Source: Candidatus Magasanikbacteria bacterium RIFCSPHIGHO2_01_FULL_33_34 (GTDB taxonomy: Bacteria; Patescibacteriota; Patescibacteriia; Magasanikbacterales; UBA922). Taken from it: a DNA stretch of 64,000 nt. A program made the position numbers and the translations under genes. The stretch is taken from positions 9,012 to 73,011 of the forward strand of contig MFPS01000008.1 in the NCBI GenBank assembly GCA_001782825.1, in the 5' to 3' direction. Below the pieces are notes generated by a model. That model did no database searches. It was not told the DNA's origin and saw nothing but the letters and a program-made list of their open reading frames with translations. Below are positions 1 to 8,603 of the stretch, in pieces (the first letter of the stretch is position 1; each line of letters opens with the position of its first letter).

Positions 1-1019
1 TGGTGACTGGGGCTATGATCTTGATCACAGAATATTATACATCTACTAAATATCATCCAGTAAAAAGCATAGCAGCTGCTTCAAAAACTGGTCATGGTAC
101 TAATGTGATTGCAGGTTTGGCAGTGGCAATGGAGTCAACTGCTTTGCCAATATTTGTGGTAGTGGCAGCAATGTTAGGTGCGCATACATTGGCTGGTATT
201 TATGGTATAGCAATCGCTGCGATGAGTATGCTTTCAATGGCTGGTATTATTGTGACTATTGATGCTTATGGTCCGATTACAGATAATGCTGGCGGAATTG
301 CCGAGATGGCTGGAATGGATGAAAGTGTTCGTGCTGTGACTGATCCATTGGATGCAGTAGGGAATACTACCAAAGCAGTTACCAAAGGTTATGCTATCGC
401 CTCAGCTGCTTTAGCAGCATTGGTATTGTTTGCTGATTTTACTTATAGTATTCCGGGTAGTTTTGAATTTTTGATAAACGATCCTAGAGTATTGGCAGGA
501 TTATTTATTGGTGGTTTGTTACCATATTATTTTGCAGCTTTGGCTATGCAAGCAGTCGGTAAAGCGGCTGGCTCTGTAGTAGAAGAAGTTAGAACTCAGT
601 TCAAGGAAAAACCAGGAATTATGCAGGGGACTGAAAAACCAGATTATGGTAGAACAGTAGATATAGTGACAAAAGCCGCTATCAAAGAAATGAGTCTGCC
701 AGCAGCAATCCCTGTAGTCGCTCCGATAGTGGTTGGTGTTTTACTTGGGGTACAAGCTTTGGGTGGTTTGCTTGTTGGTTCAATTATTACTGGTATTTTT
801 GTAGCAATTTCTATGACATCAGGTGGTGGAGCATGGGATAATGCCAAGAAATATATTGAAGAGGGTCATCATGGTGGCAAAGGTAGTTTTGCGCATCAAT
901 CAGCTGTGACTGGGGACACTGTCGGTGATCCATACAAAGATACAGCGGGTCCAGCCATTAATCCGATGATCAAGATTGTGAATATTGTGGCATTGCTGAT
1001 AGTGGCGTTGTTGGTATAA
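1..1019 (+). CDS. hppA: Membrane-bound H+-translocating pyrophosphatase (C-terminal part, 5' truncated by window)
   Basis: Motifs [45 protein letters not shown]. Lys in GNTTK is the K+-independent signature. Confidence 0.96.
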   Translation, partial: VTGAMILITEYYTSTKYHPVKSIAAASKTGHGTNVIAGLAVAMESTALPIFVVVAAMLGAHTLAGIYGIAIAAMSMLSMAGIIVTIDAYGPITDNAGGIAEMAGMDESVRAVTDPLDAVGNTTKAVTKGYAIASAALAALVLFADFTYSIPGSFEFLINDPRVLAGLFIGGLLPYYFAALAMQAVGKAAGSVVEEVRTQFKEKPGIMQGTEKPDYGRTVDIVTKAAIKEMSLPAAIPVVAPIVVGVLLGVQALGGLLVGSIITGIFVAISMTSGGGAWDNAKKYIEEGHHGGKGSFAHQSAVTGDTVGDPYKDTAGPAINPMIKIVNIVALLIVALLV

Positions 1020-1034
1020 AAAATAAAATTAAAG

Positions 1035-1067
1035 AAGTCCTGATGTTATTTTATCAGGACTTTTTTT
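1035..1067 (+). terminator. Intrinsic terminator after hppA
   Basis: aagtcctgat...atcaggactt stem followed by a T run. Confidence 0.8.
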
Positions 1068-1171
1068 ATTGACAAAATATAAAAAAAATGATATTAAAAA
1101 AATGTACGTTTTAGACAGAGGTCTAAAGTAAGCGTACAAACCTAACCGCAGAGGCGGAAAGGAAAAGTAAA

Positions 1172-1897
1172 ATGAGAGACCAGAGGGAAGTACAGAGGAA
1201 AGAGTTCCTCGATCAAGTCAACAACATGTTGACTGAAAGAAACTTGAAGGCATTGCCGAAGCTTGGTGATGTTGACAAGGGTGAGATTGAACTCACGGCT
1301 GTCGAGGAAGTTCTCGATGGTATGAGTCGGTTTCACACGGACGTGCGTTTTAAGTGTATCTTTCCGGGCGGGGGCACCGGAAGTTTCCAGATACGTTGGA
1401 ACGCCAATAGTGCCGTGTCAGATGGTGCGGTTTTTTTGCCAATTATCAATGGGAAAGTCGCTGTGGTAAAGCAGTGGCGTCCGACCATGGGTAGGTGGAC
1501 ATATGAGGTACCTCGGGGGTTTGGTGAAGCGTTGGATAAAGCAAAGGTCAATGGCCAGTACGGTCAGATCAAAATTGCGGATCTTCCGCTTAACAACCTC
1601 TTTCGGGAGCTTGGAGAGGAAGTCAAGAAGGGTGCAGAGGTATCCTCGATTGTTTTCCTTGGCAATGTCGCCGAAAACACTGGTACACATACTGCTATGC
1701 CATCCTTCTACATTGTCAACTTCAAGGTTGACGAAGACGTTCTAGAGCAGAGACTCAAGGGTGCTGAAGAAGGCATCAAGGTTCAGTTGTGGACCATCGA
1801 CAAAGTTAAGAGTGAACTTGGTGGCAAGTTGAATGACTTGCATACCATCGGGGCAGTAGCCCTGGCGCTCAAGCATATGTCCGAGCTTCCGCGCTAG
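1172..1897 (+). CDS. NUDIX hydrolase-like protein (ADP-ribose pyrophosphatase-like)
   Basis: VKQWRP...YEVPRGFGE...RELGEE resembles a Nudix box with an insertion; AAAGGA upstream. Confidence 0.7.
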   Translation: MRDQREVQRKEFLDQVNNMLTERNLKALPKLGDVDKGEIELTAVEEVLDGMSRFHTDVRFKCIFPGGGTGSFQIRWNANSAVSDGAVFLPIINGKVAVVKQWRPTMGRWTYEVPRGFGEALDKAKVNGQYGQIKIADLPLNNLFRELGEEVKKGAEVSSIVFLGNVAENTGTHTAMPSFYIVNFKVDEDVLEQRLKGAEEGIKVQLWTIDKVKSELGGKLNDLHTIGAVALALKHMSELPR

Positions 1898-1927
1898 TCG
1901 CGAGCAGGATAATGCCAGTTGTATCGG

Positions 1928-1951
1928 GCACCGTTTCGGCGGTGCTTTTTT
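1928..1951 (+). terminator. Intrinsic terminator after NUDIX gene
   Basis: gcaccg-loop-cggtgc then TTTTTT. Confidence 0.8.
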
Positions 1952-1961
1952 AATTAAATTA

Positions 1962-1994
1962 AAGAAGGCCTCTATGCGAGTAGCACGAGGCCTT
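1962..1994 (-). terminator. Probable terminator for nhaA
   Basis: aaggcctc...gaggcctt inverted repeat, followed by CTTT on the minus strand. Confidence 0.6.
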
Positions 1995-2031
1995 TGTGTT
2001 TTTTCCTCCTTGTCGAACTTTGTTTGTCCGA

Positions 2032-3201
2032 CTAGTTGTTTTTTTTGATCCGCAGAACTTTGCCTGCGATAATGGATACGATTGCCATGCCGGCAGAGAA
2101 CAGCGCGCCCATTTTGGCAGAGCCAGTAATGGTGGCGTCTGTAAAAGCTACTCCAGCCACAAACAAGGCTACTGTTAGTCCAATGGATGCAATCATGCCT
2201 GCAACTACCAAGTCAATCTTGCTCATACCTGTTGGCAATGGTGAACCTAGGAGTTTATCTGCAATCAATGATAACAGAGTGACTCCAAAGGTCTTGCCAA
2301 TTACCAGAGAGATCAGGACTGCCCAAGTAGCACTCCCAACATTTGAGAAGACAACCCCAGCATTCGCCAGCCCAAATGCGAATAGGCCGATGTCAACTGG
2401 AAGTTTGAACACCTCCTCAAATCTGTTTAGAGTATCTTTGTGGCCTTTGCCATGTTCAGCGAATAGTCCTTCATCTCGCTTGGGCCCCGGCATGCAGGGC
2501 ACAATCGGTACAAGGGCTAAGGCTGGATGAAGTCCAGCGAAGTACAGACCTATCCAACTGATAACTCCCGCTACTAGGTGGGGTTTGAAGCTGTTGTTAT
2601 TGTTTTTGATTGCGATGTGTTTGAACATCACAACAGAGAATAAAGCTACAGCTACTAGTATTAGGTAGTTTACTTGCACAGGGTGCTTGGGGTCTGGATA
2701 GAAAATAGCAATAATACCCAGTCCAATGGCATCGTCAGCGATTGCCAAAAGCAGTAGGAAACTCACTGCTGGGTGTTTGGAGCCAAATACTACTTTAGCG
2801 ACCAACCATGCGATTGCTATGTCTGTAGCAGTCGGGATACCCCAACCATTTTTTATGCTTATGTCGCCATTGAAGTGAACATAAGTAAAGTACACACAAA
2901 TTGGGCCAACAACTCCACCAAGGGTAGCAAGAAGCGGGTTCACCGCTTTCTTTATCGGATTTAGATTGCCTCCAGGCAGAAATGACTCAGTAATTTCTTT
3001 GGTAGCAATGCCAAAGAAAAATACCATAAAGATGTCATTTACTAGAAAGTGAAAATTGAATTCACCGCCAAATGGTGACCAGTGTATAAAGTTATAATAA
3101 CTATTGTGACCAAGATTGGCCCACAACAATGCTGTTACTACACCAGTAATCAATGGAATGGCAAACTGTTGAAGGGTTGCTATTGGATTTCTTTTGGACA
3201 T
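2032..3201 (-). CDS. nhaA: Na+/H+ antiporter NhaA
   Basis: ND.FM.FFF, GWGIPTATDIA, LAIADD and GK motifs. ATG at 3201 follows GGGGAG; ORF track starts at TTG 3213. Confidence 0.93.
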   Translation of the reverse strand: MSKRNPIATLQQFAIPLITGVVTALLWANLGHNSYYNFIHWSPFGGEFNFHFLVNDIFMVFFFGIATKEITESFLPGGNLNPIKKAVNPLLATLGGVVGPICVYFTYVHFNGDISIKNGWGIPTATDIAIAWLVAKVVFGSKHPAVSFLLLLAIADDAIGLGIIAIFYPDPKHPVQVNYLILVAVALFSVVMFKHIAIKNNNNSFKPHLVAGVISWIGLYFAGLHPALALVPIVPCMPGPKRDEGLFAEHGKGHKDTLNRFEEVFKLPVDIGLFAFGLANAGVVFSNVGSATWAVLISLVIGKTFGVTLLSLIADKLLGSPLPTGMSKIDLVVAGMIASIGLTVALFVAGVAFTDATITGSAKMGALFSAGMAIVSIIAGKVLRIKKNN

Positions 3202-3255
3202 CTTCTCCCCCAATGGTTGTTTGTTTTTCTATGCGCAAAATGTGCATAGTCGCAT

Positions 3256-3285
3256 ATTCTAACAATAAATTATTAAGTTTGTCAA
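3256..3285 (-). promoter_or_regulatory. sigma70 promoter for nhaA
   Basis: TTGACA-18-TAGAAT with TG extension on the minus strand. Confidence 0.6.
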
Positions 3286-3315
3286 GATATAAAAAGATTT
3301 TTATTATTGATTTAG

Positions 3316-3344
3316 TTGACTTTTTGGCTTAATTAATATATAAT
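3316..3344 (+). promoter_or_regulatory. sigma70 promoter for infB
   Basis: TTGACT-17-TATAAT. Confidence 0.7.
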
Positions 3345-3373
3345 CTACTCATTAAATTATTATTCATATATTC

Positions 3374-5395
3374 ATGAATGTAACTGAATTGGCTAGACAG
3401 CTTAGAATAAATACAAAACAAATGTTGGAAATATTACCTGCACATGGTTTTGATATTGGTGCAAAAGCGGTAAAAATTGATGATAGGGTTGCCAATCAGA
3501 TAATGCGTCAATGGAAATACATTAAAAAAGCTATTGAGGATAAAGAAAAAAAAGCCAAGGCAGAACAATTGTTGAAAGAAAAGGAAATGCGTAAACAAGT
3601 TGGCGAGTCTGTTGCTTTGCCTAGTTTGATTACTGTTCGTGATTTTGCCAGTAGATTAAATTTACCAGTAACACAATTGATTACTGAACTTATGAAAAAT
3701 GGCATTTTAGCCAATCAAAATCAAAATATTGATTATGATACCGCGGCTATTATGGCAGAGGAACTTGGTTTTACAGTTTTGAAAGAAACTGGGGATAGAA
3801 TGGTAGAAGACGACAATAGTCATGTATTGGAAAATGCATTACAAAAAGGTGAAAATAAAACTAGAAGAGCTCCGGTAGTTGTAGTTATGGGACACGTCGA
3901 TCATGGTAAAACTAAGTTATTGGATAGTATAAGACAAACAAATATAGTTGATACTGAATCAGGTGGAATTACTCAACATATAGGCGCATATCAAACTATT
4001 TGGAAAGATCCAAAAACAAAAGAAGAAAGACCAATGACTTTTATTGATACTCCTGGTCATGAAGCTTTTACAGTGATGAGATCTCGTGGGGCTAAAATTG
4101 CTGATTTGGCTATTTTGGTAGTGGCAGCCGATGATAGTGTAAAACCACAAACAGAAGAAGTTATTCAGATTATAAAAGCGGCTAAGCTTCCGTTTGTAGT
4201 GGCTATAAACAAAATTGACAAAGAAACAGCCGATATCCAACGAGTAAAAACAGAGCTTTCACAACGTGATGTCTTGGCAGAAGAATGGGGTGGATCAGTC
4301 CCAATGGTAGAGATTTCTGCCAAAGAAAAATTAAATATTGATAAATTACTTGATGTATTACTTTTGGTTTCTGATATGAATGCCGATAGTATGCAAGCAG
4401 ATACGAGTATTCCAGCTGTTGGTACTGTGATTGAGTCGCATGTTGACAAAGGTACTGGGCCGGTAACCACTATATTGGTTCAAGCAGGTACCCTTAAAAA
4501 AGGTGATCCACTGGTATTGAATGGTGAAATATATGGCAAAGTTAGAGCCATGCATGATTATAAAGGTGAAGAAATTTTAGAAGCAGGACCAAGTGTGCCA
4601 GTGCAAATCATTGGATTTAAAGTGGCCCCTGAAGTTGGTGATATAATGGATGTTGGTCTTGCAAAAGGTGCTCAAAAAATTGATGCAAAACAAAAATATT
4701 CACAACAAACCGGTGCAGAAAATAGGTCTGCCTTTCAATCAAATGAAAGTGAAGAAGATGGAAAAAATAAAAAATATTTAAATATTGTTATAAAAGCCGA
4801 TGTATTGGGTTCACTTGAAGCTATTATTGGTGCTCTTGAGAATATTCAGCATGAAGAAGTGCGGGTAAAGATTATTGGTAAAGGCCTTGGAAATATAAAT
4901 GAAAATGATATTGCCAAAGTTGAAAGTTCTGGTGGCGCGATTCTGGCTTTTAAGGTTGGGGCAACACCAATGGCAGGGGAGAGTATTCGTGACAAGAAAA
5001 TACAATTTTTAAAGTTTGACATAATTTATGATTTGATTGATTGGGCAAAAGACGAGTTAGAAAAAATGTTGGAAAAAGAATTGGTGACAACAGAAATTGG
5101 CAATTTAAAAGTATTAGCAATTTTTAGAACTGATAAAGGCGCTATGACATTGGGTGGTAGAGTGGAGATAGGTAAAGTTATAAAAGATGCTTTGGTCAGA
5201 ATAAAAAGAGAAAAAGAAATTGTTGGTATAGGCAAGGTATCAAAATTACAAACTGGACAATCAGAAACAAAACAAGTGCCACAGGGATCAGAATGTGGTC
5301 TGCGTATTGAAAGTAAAACAAAAATAGAAGCGGGTGATATTTTAGAATTTTATACAGAAGAACTTGTGGTTAGAAAAATGAATTTAAAAAAATAA
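3374..5395 (+). CDS. infB: Translation initiation factor IF-2
   Basis: GHVDHGKT, GGITQHIGAY, DTPGHEAF, NKID, KADVLGSLEA. Confidence 0.98.
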   Translation: MNVTELARQLRINTKQMLEILPAHGFDIGAKAVKIDDRVANQIMRQWKYIKKAIEDKEKKAKAEQLLKEKEMRKQVGESVALPSLITVRDFASRLNLPVTQLITELMKNGILANQNQNIDYDTAAIMAEELGFTVLKETGDRMVEDDNSHVLENALQKGENKTRRAPVVVVMGHVDHGKTKLLDSIRQTNIVDTESGGITQHIGAYQTIWKDPKTKEERPMTFIDTPGHEAFTVMRSRGAKIADLAILVVAADDSVKPQTEEVIQIIKAAKLPFVVAINKIDKETADIQRVKTELSQRDVLAEEWGGSVPMVEISAKEKLNIDKLLDVLLLVSDMNADSMQADTSIPAVGTVIESHVDKGTGPVTTILVQAGTLKKGDPLVLNGEIYGKVRAMHDYKGEEILEAGPSVPVQIIGFKVAPEVGDIMDVGLAKGAQKIDAKQKYSQQTGAENRSAFQSNESEEDGKNKKYLNIVIKADVLGSLEAIIGALENIQHEEVRVKIIGKGLGNINENDIAKVESSGGAILAFKVGATPMAGESIRDKKIQFLKFDIIYDLIDWAKDELEKMLEKELVTTEIGNLKVLAIFRTDKGAMTLGGRVEIGKVIKDALVRIKREKEIVGIGKVSKLQTGQSETKQVPQGSECGLRIESKTKIEAGDILEFYTEELVVRKMNLKK

Positions 5396-5424
5396 TGTGT
5401 ATTATATTGGCTTGGCATAAGGGC

Positions 5425-5453
5425 TTGCTAAAATAATTCAGAAATAATATAAT
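5425..5453 (+). promoter_or_regulatory. sigma70 promoter for trxA-gdhA
   Basis: TTGCTA-17-TATAAT. Confidence 0.6.
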
Positions 5454-5490
5454 AATGAATGCTAAATCATTATTTTTTTAATTAAATAGT

Positions 5491-5814
5491 ATGAATGAAT
5501 TAAAGCTTACAGATGGAAATTTTGAGGGAGAGGTATTAAAGTCAGCAGTACCAGTATTGGTTGATTTTTGGGCACCATGGTGTGGTCCTTGTCAAATGAT
5601 GGGTCCTATTGTGGAAGAATTATCAAGTGAATATGACCAAAGTAAAATTAAAGTTGGTAAACTTGATGTTGATCAAAATCAAGCAGTAGCAGGAAAATAC
5701 CAAGTAATGAGTATTCCTACTTTTTTGATATTTAAAGGTGGAGAAGTGGTTGATAAAATGGTTGGTGGAGTACAGAAAGAAAAATTAAAGGAAATGATGA
5801 ATAAATACGTTTAA
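5491..5814 (+). CDS. trxA: Thioredoxin
   Basis: DFWAPWCGPC active site, SIPT. Confidence 0.98.
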   Translation: MNELKLTDGNFEGEVLKSAVPVLVDFWAPWCGPCQMMGPIVEELSSEYDQSKIKVGKLDVDQNQAVAGKYQVMSIPTFLIFKGGEVVDKMVGGVQKEKLKEMMNKYV

Positions 5815-5823
5815 TGTAAATTT

Positions 5824-7092
5824 ATGTCAAATCCTTTTAGTAATGCAATGAGACAGTTGGATAAGGCTGCTGATATCATCAATTTGGATAAAAATATTCA
5901 TGAAATATTGAAGTCACCTGATAGGGTAGTTTCTATTTCTATACCTGTAAAAATGGATAATGGGGATATAAAAGTATTTGCAGGGTTTCGTAGTCAATAC
6001 AATAATACATTAGGTGTGTATAAAGGTGGTATTAGATATCATCATGGAGTAACTATTGATGAAGTAAAAGCTTTATCATTTTGGATGGCAATCAAATGTG
6101 CGGTTGTAAATATTCCAATGGGCGGTGCTAAAGGCGGGGTTATAGTTTCTCCAAAAGAATTATCTGAAGGTGAGATTGAAAGATTGTCTCGTGGTTATAT
6201 ACAAAAAATATGGCGATTAATTGGATCAGATAAAGATGTGCCAGCGCCGGATGTATATACAACTCCACAGATTATGGCTTTGATGCGCGATGAATATGAA
6301 AAATTAGTCGGACATACAGATCCAGGTGTTATTACTGGTAAACCGATTGAAAATGGTGGTTCTGAGGGTAGGTCTTTTTCAACTGCGCAAGGTGGGGTAT
6401 ATTGTGTAGATGAATTAGCCAAGAAAATGAATTGGGTTTCAGAGAATACAACGATTGCAATTCAAGGGTATGGTAATGCCGGGTCTCATATGGCTCGTAT
6501 TTTACATGGATTAGGTTATAAAATTGTGGCGATTAGTGATTCAAAAGGTGGTGTCTATAATGAAGATGGGATTGATCCAGCCAAAGCTGAACAAATAAAA
6601 AAATCTGGTGGACGACTTGGTTGTTATTGCGTGGGTACGGTTTGTGATATTGTTGATATCAGTACCGATGGCCCATGTAGAGCCATTAGTAATGATGAGA
6701 TTCTTGAATTGGATGTTGATATTTTAATTCCAGCTGCGCTTGAGAATGTTATTACTATTGAAAATGCTGACAAAATAAAAGCAAAGACAATCGTAGAGCT
6801 TGCAAATGGACCAACTACGCCAGAAGCCGATGAAATTTTGAATAAAAATGGTGTGGTAATTGTTCCAGATGTATTGGCAAATGCTGGTGGTGTAACAGTA
6901 AGTTATTTTGAATGGGATCAAAATGTAAAAGGTGAACATTGGACTGAAATGGAAGTTTTGAATAAGTTGGAAAAAATAATGAAAAATGCTTTTGATGATG
7001 TGTGGAGTATAAAAGAAAAATATAATATTGATATGAGAACATCTGCGTTTGTTTCGGCAGTTGAAAGAATTGCTAAAAAGATAAAAATTTAA
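5824..7092 (+). CDS. gdhA: Glutamate dehydrogenase (Glu/Leu/Phe/Val family)
   Basis: KGGIRY, GGAKGG, DVPAPD, QGYGNAG, ELANGP, ANAGGVTVSYFEW. Confidence 0.95.
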   Translation: MSNPFSNAMRQLDKAADIINLDKNIHEILKSPDRVVSISIPVKMDNGDIKVFAGFRSQYNNTLGVYKGGIRYHHGVTIDEVKALSFWMAIKCAVVNIPMGGAKGGVIVSPKELSEGEIERLSRGYIQKIWRLIGSDKDVPAPDVYTTPQIMALMRDEYEKLVGHTDPGVITGKPIENGGSEGRSFSTAQGGVYCVDELAKKMNWVSENTTIAIQGYGNAGSHMARILHGLGYKIVAISDSKGGVYNEDGIDPAKAEQIKKSGGRLGCYCVGTVCDIVDISTDGPCRAISNDEILELDVDILIPAALENVITIENADKIKAKTIVELANGPTTPEADEILNKNGVVIVPDVLANAGGVTVSYFEWDQNVKGEHWTEMEVLNKLEKIMKNAFDDVWSIKEKYNIDMRTSAFVSAVERIAKKIKI

Positions 7093-7100
7093 ATTTTATT

Positions 7101-7130
7101 TAAAAAATAGTTTATTTAAACTATTTTTTA
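7101..7130. terminator. AT-rich inverted repeat between convergent gdhA and sigma factor genes
   Basis: aaaaaatagttta...taaactattttt. Confidence 0.5.
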
Positions 7131-7739
7131 TTCCTCAAATATATTACGTAGTTTTTGTTTTATTCTAAAAATAATACTAGCTACTGTATTGCTTTTTATA
7201 CCTTCTTCTTGTGCTAGTTTAGCGACACTTTTCCCAGCCACTCTTCCTTTTATTATAGCCTGTTCTCTCTCGGTAAGAGTTTCTATTGCTTGATTTATTT
7301 TATCTCGTATTCTAGCTTCATCAATAGCATTATCAAATAGTTGATCATTATTTGGAATTGTGCTTGTATCTGGATAAATATTTTCCTTAAATTCTTCATA
7401 TTCTTTTTCTTTTGTTCTTTTTTCTTTTCTAAAAGTATCCATAATAGTATTATATGTAATTGAAAAAAGCCAAGATTTAAAGTTGACTTCATCTTTAAAT
7501 GTATCAAGTTTATTCCATACTTTTAGCCATGTACTTTGTAATATATCTTCAGTTTTTGATGGAGAATGTGTTTTTGATATTATAAAAGCATAAAGATCAC
7601 GATTGTATATATTGTATAGTTTTGTGAATGCTTTTTTATCTCCATTTTTTGCTTGTCCTATTAATTCCGTTATGTTCTCTTCTGATTCGCTTGGGTTTAT
7701 TTGTTTTTCTGGATTATATGTGATTTTTTCATTAGACAT
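7128..7739 (-). CDS. ECF-type RNA polymerase sigma-70 factor
   Basis: Region 2 (EDILQSTWLKVW...FKSWLFSI) and region 4 HTH. Confidence 0.85.
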   Translation of the reverse strand: MSNEKITYNPEKQINPSESEENITELIGQAKNGDKKAFTKLYNIYNRDLYAFIISKTHSPSKTEDILQSTWLKVWNKLDTFKDEVNFKSWLFSITYNTIMDTFRKEKRTKEKEYEEFKENIYPDTSTIPNNDQLFDNAIDEARIRDKINQAIETLTEREQAIIKGRVAGKSVAKLAQEEGIKSNTVASIIFRIKQKLRNIFEE

Positions 7740-7840
7740 AAAAATAAATAATGATTTATATAATTAAATCATTATAAGGATATATTGTCAAAAAATTTAA
7801 CTTGATTCTTTCTAGCTATTTTGTTAATATAGGGTTTATT

Positions 7841-8602
7841 ATGCAAGATTTTTTGAAAGAGACAATCAGAGAAGCCGGGGGTATTGCCAAGGAATATTTT
7901 TATCAAGGAGTTGTTCATAGGATGAAAACTTCTTTGGGTGATTTGGTTACAGACGCTGATATTGCAGTCAGTAATTTTTTGATAGAAAAAATACATGAAA
8001 AGTATCCAGATCATCAAATTCATACAGAAGAAGAGGGCGATGATATAAATCCTGGAGCTCAATATGAGTGGGTACTTGATCCGATTGATGGTACGCGTAA
8101 TTTTGCCATGGGAATATCTTTTTGGTGTATTATGGTAGCCGTACTCAAAGATGGCGAATTGTATATGTCAGCTATATATAACCCTTTGGCAGATGAATTG
8201 TTTTTTGCTGAAGCAAATAAAGGGGCATTTATGAATGATAAAAAAATAAAAGTAAATGATGTTGATGTTTTGGATCATGGTAATGGTGTATTGATGCGTG
8301 GTATCAATACTGATCGTGAAGAAGAATATAAAAATATGTTAGCAAAAGTGTCGGTTGGTAGTAATATGTGGATGCTTAATTTTGGCACGATGTTGAGTTT
8401 GTGTCATTTGGCAATGGGTGGTATGGAATATTTTGCAGTTAATGTTGGTTTTGATCATGATTATTTGCCGGGAGTGTTAATTGCCAAAGAGGCTGGAGCA
8501 GTCGTGACTGATAGTCAGGGTGAACCATGGACTCGATATAAGCGTGATATAGTAGTATCAAATTCAAATTTACATTCAAAACTTTTAGAACTATTCAAAT
8601 AA
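7841..8602 (+). CDS. Inositol monophosphatase family protein
   Basis: DLVTDAD, EE, WVLDPIDGTRNF, EAGAVVTD; ATG at 7841 preferred. Confidence 0.9.
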   Translation: MQDFLKETIREAGGIAKEYFYQGVVHRMKTSLGDLVTDADIAVSNFLIEKIHEKYPDHQIHTEEEGDDINPGAQYEWVLDPIDGTRNFAMGISFWCIMVAVLKDGELYMSAIYNPLADELFFAEANKGAFMNDKKIKVNDVDVLDHGNGVLMRGINTDREEEYKNMLAKVSVGSNMWMLNFGTMLSLCHLAMGGMEYFAVNVGFDHDYLPGVLIAKEAGAVVTDSQGEPWTRYKRDIVVSNSNLHSKLLELFK

Positions 8603-8603
8603 T

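Noticed and set aside
3214-3255. ctatgc/gcatag hairpin in the nhaA leader as a Na+/Li+ riboswitch
   Set aside because: Leader is very short and I cannot match it to the nhaA-I/II or DUF1646 consensus.
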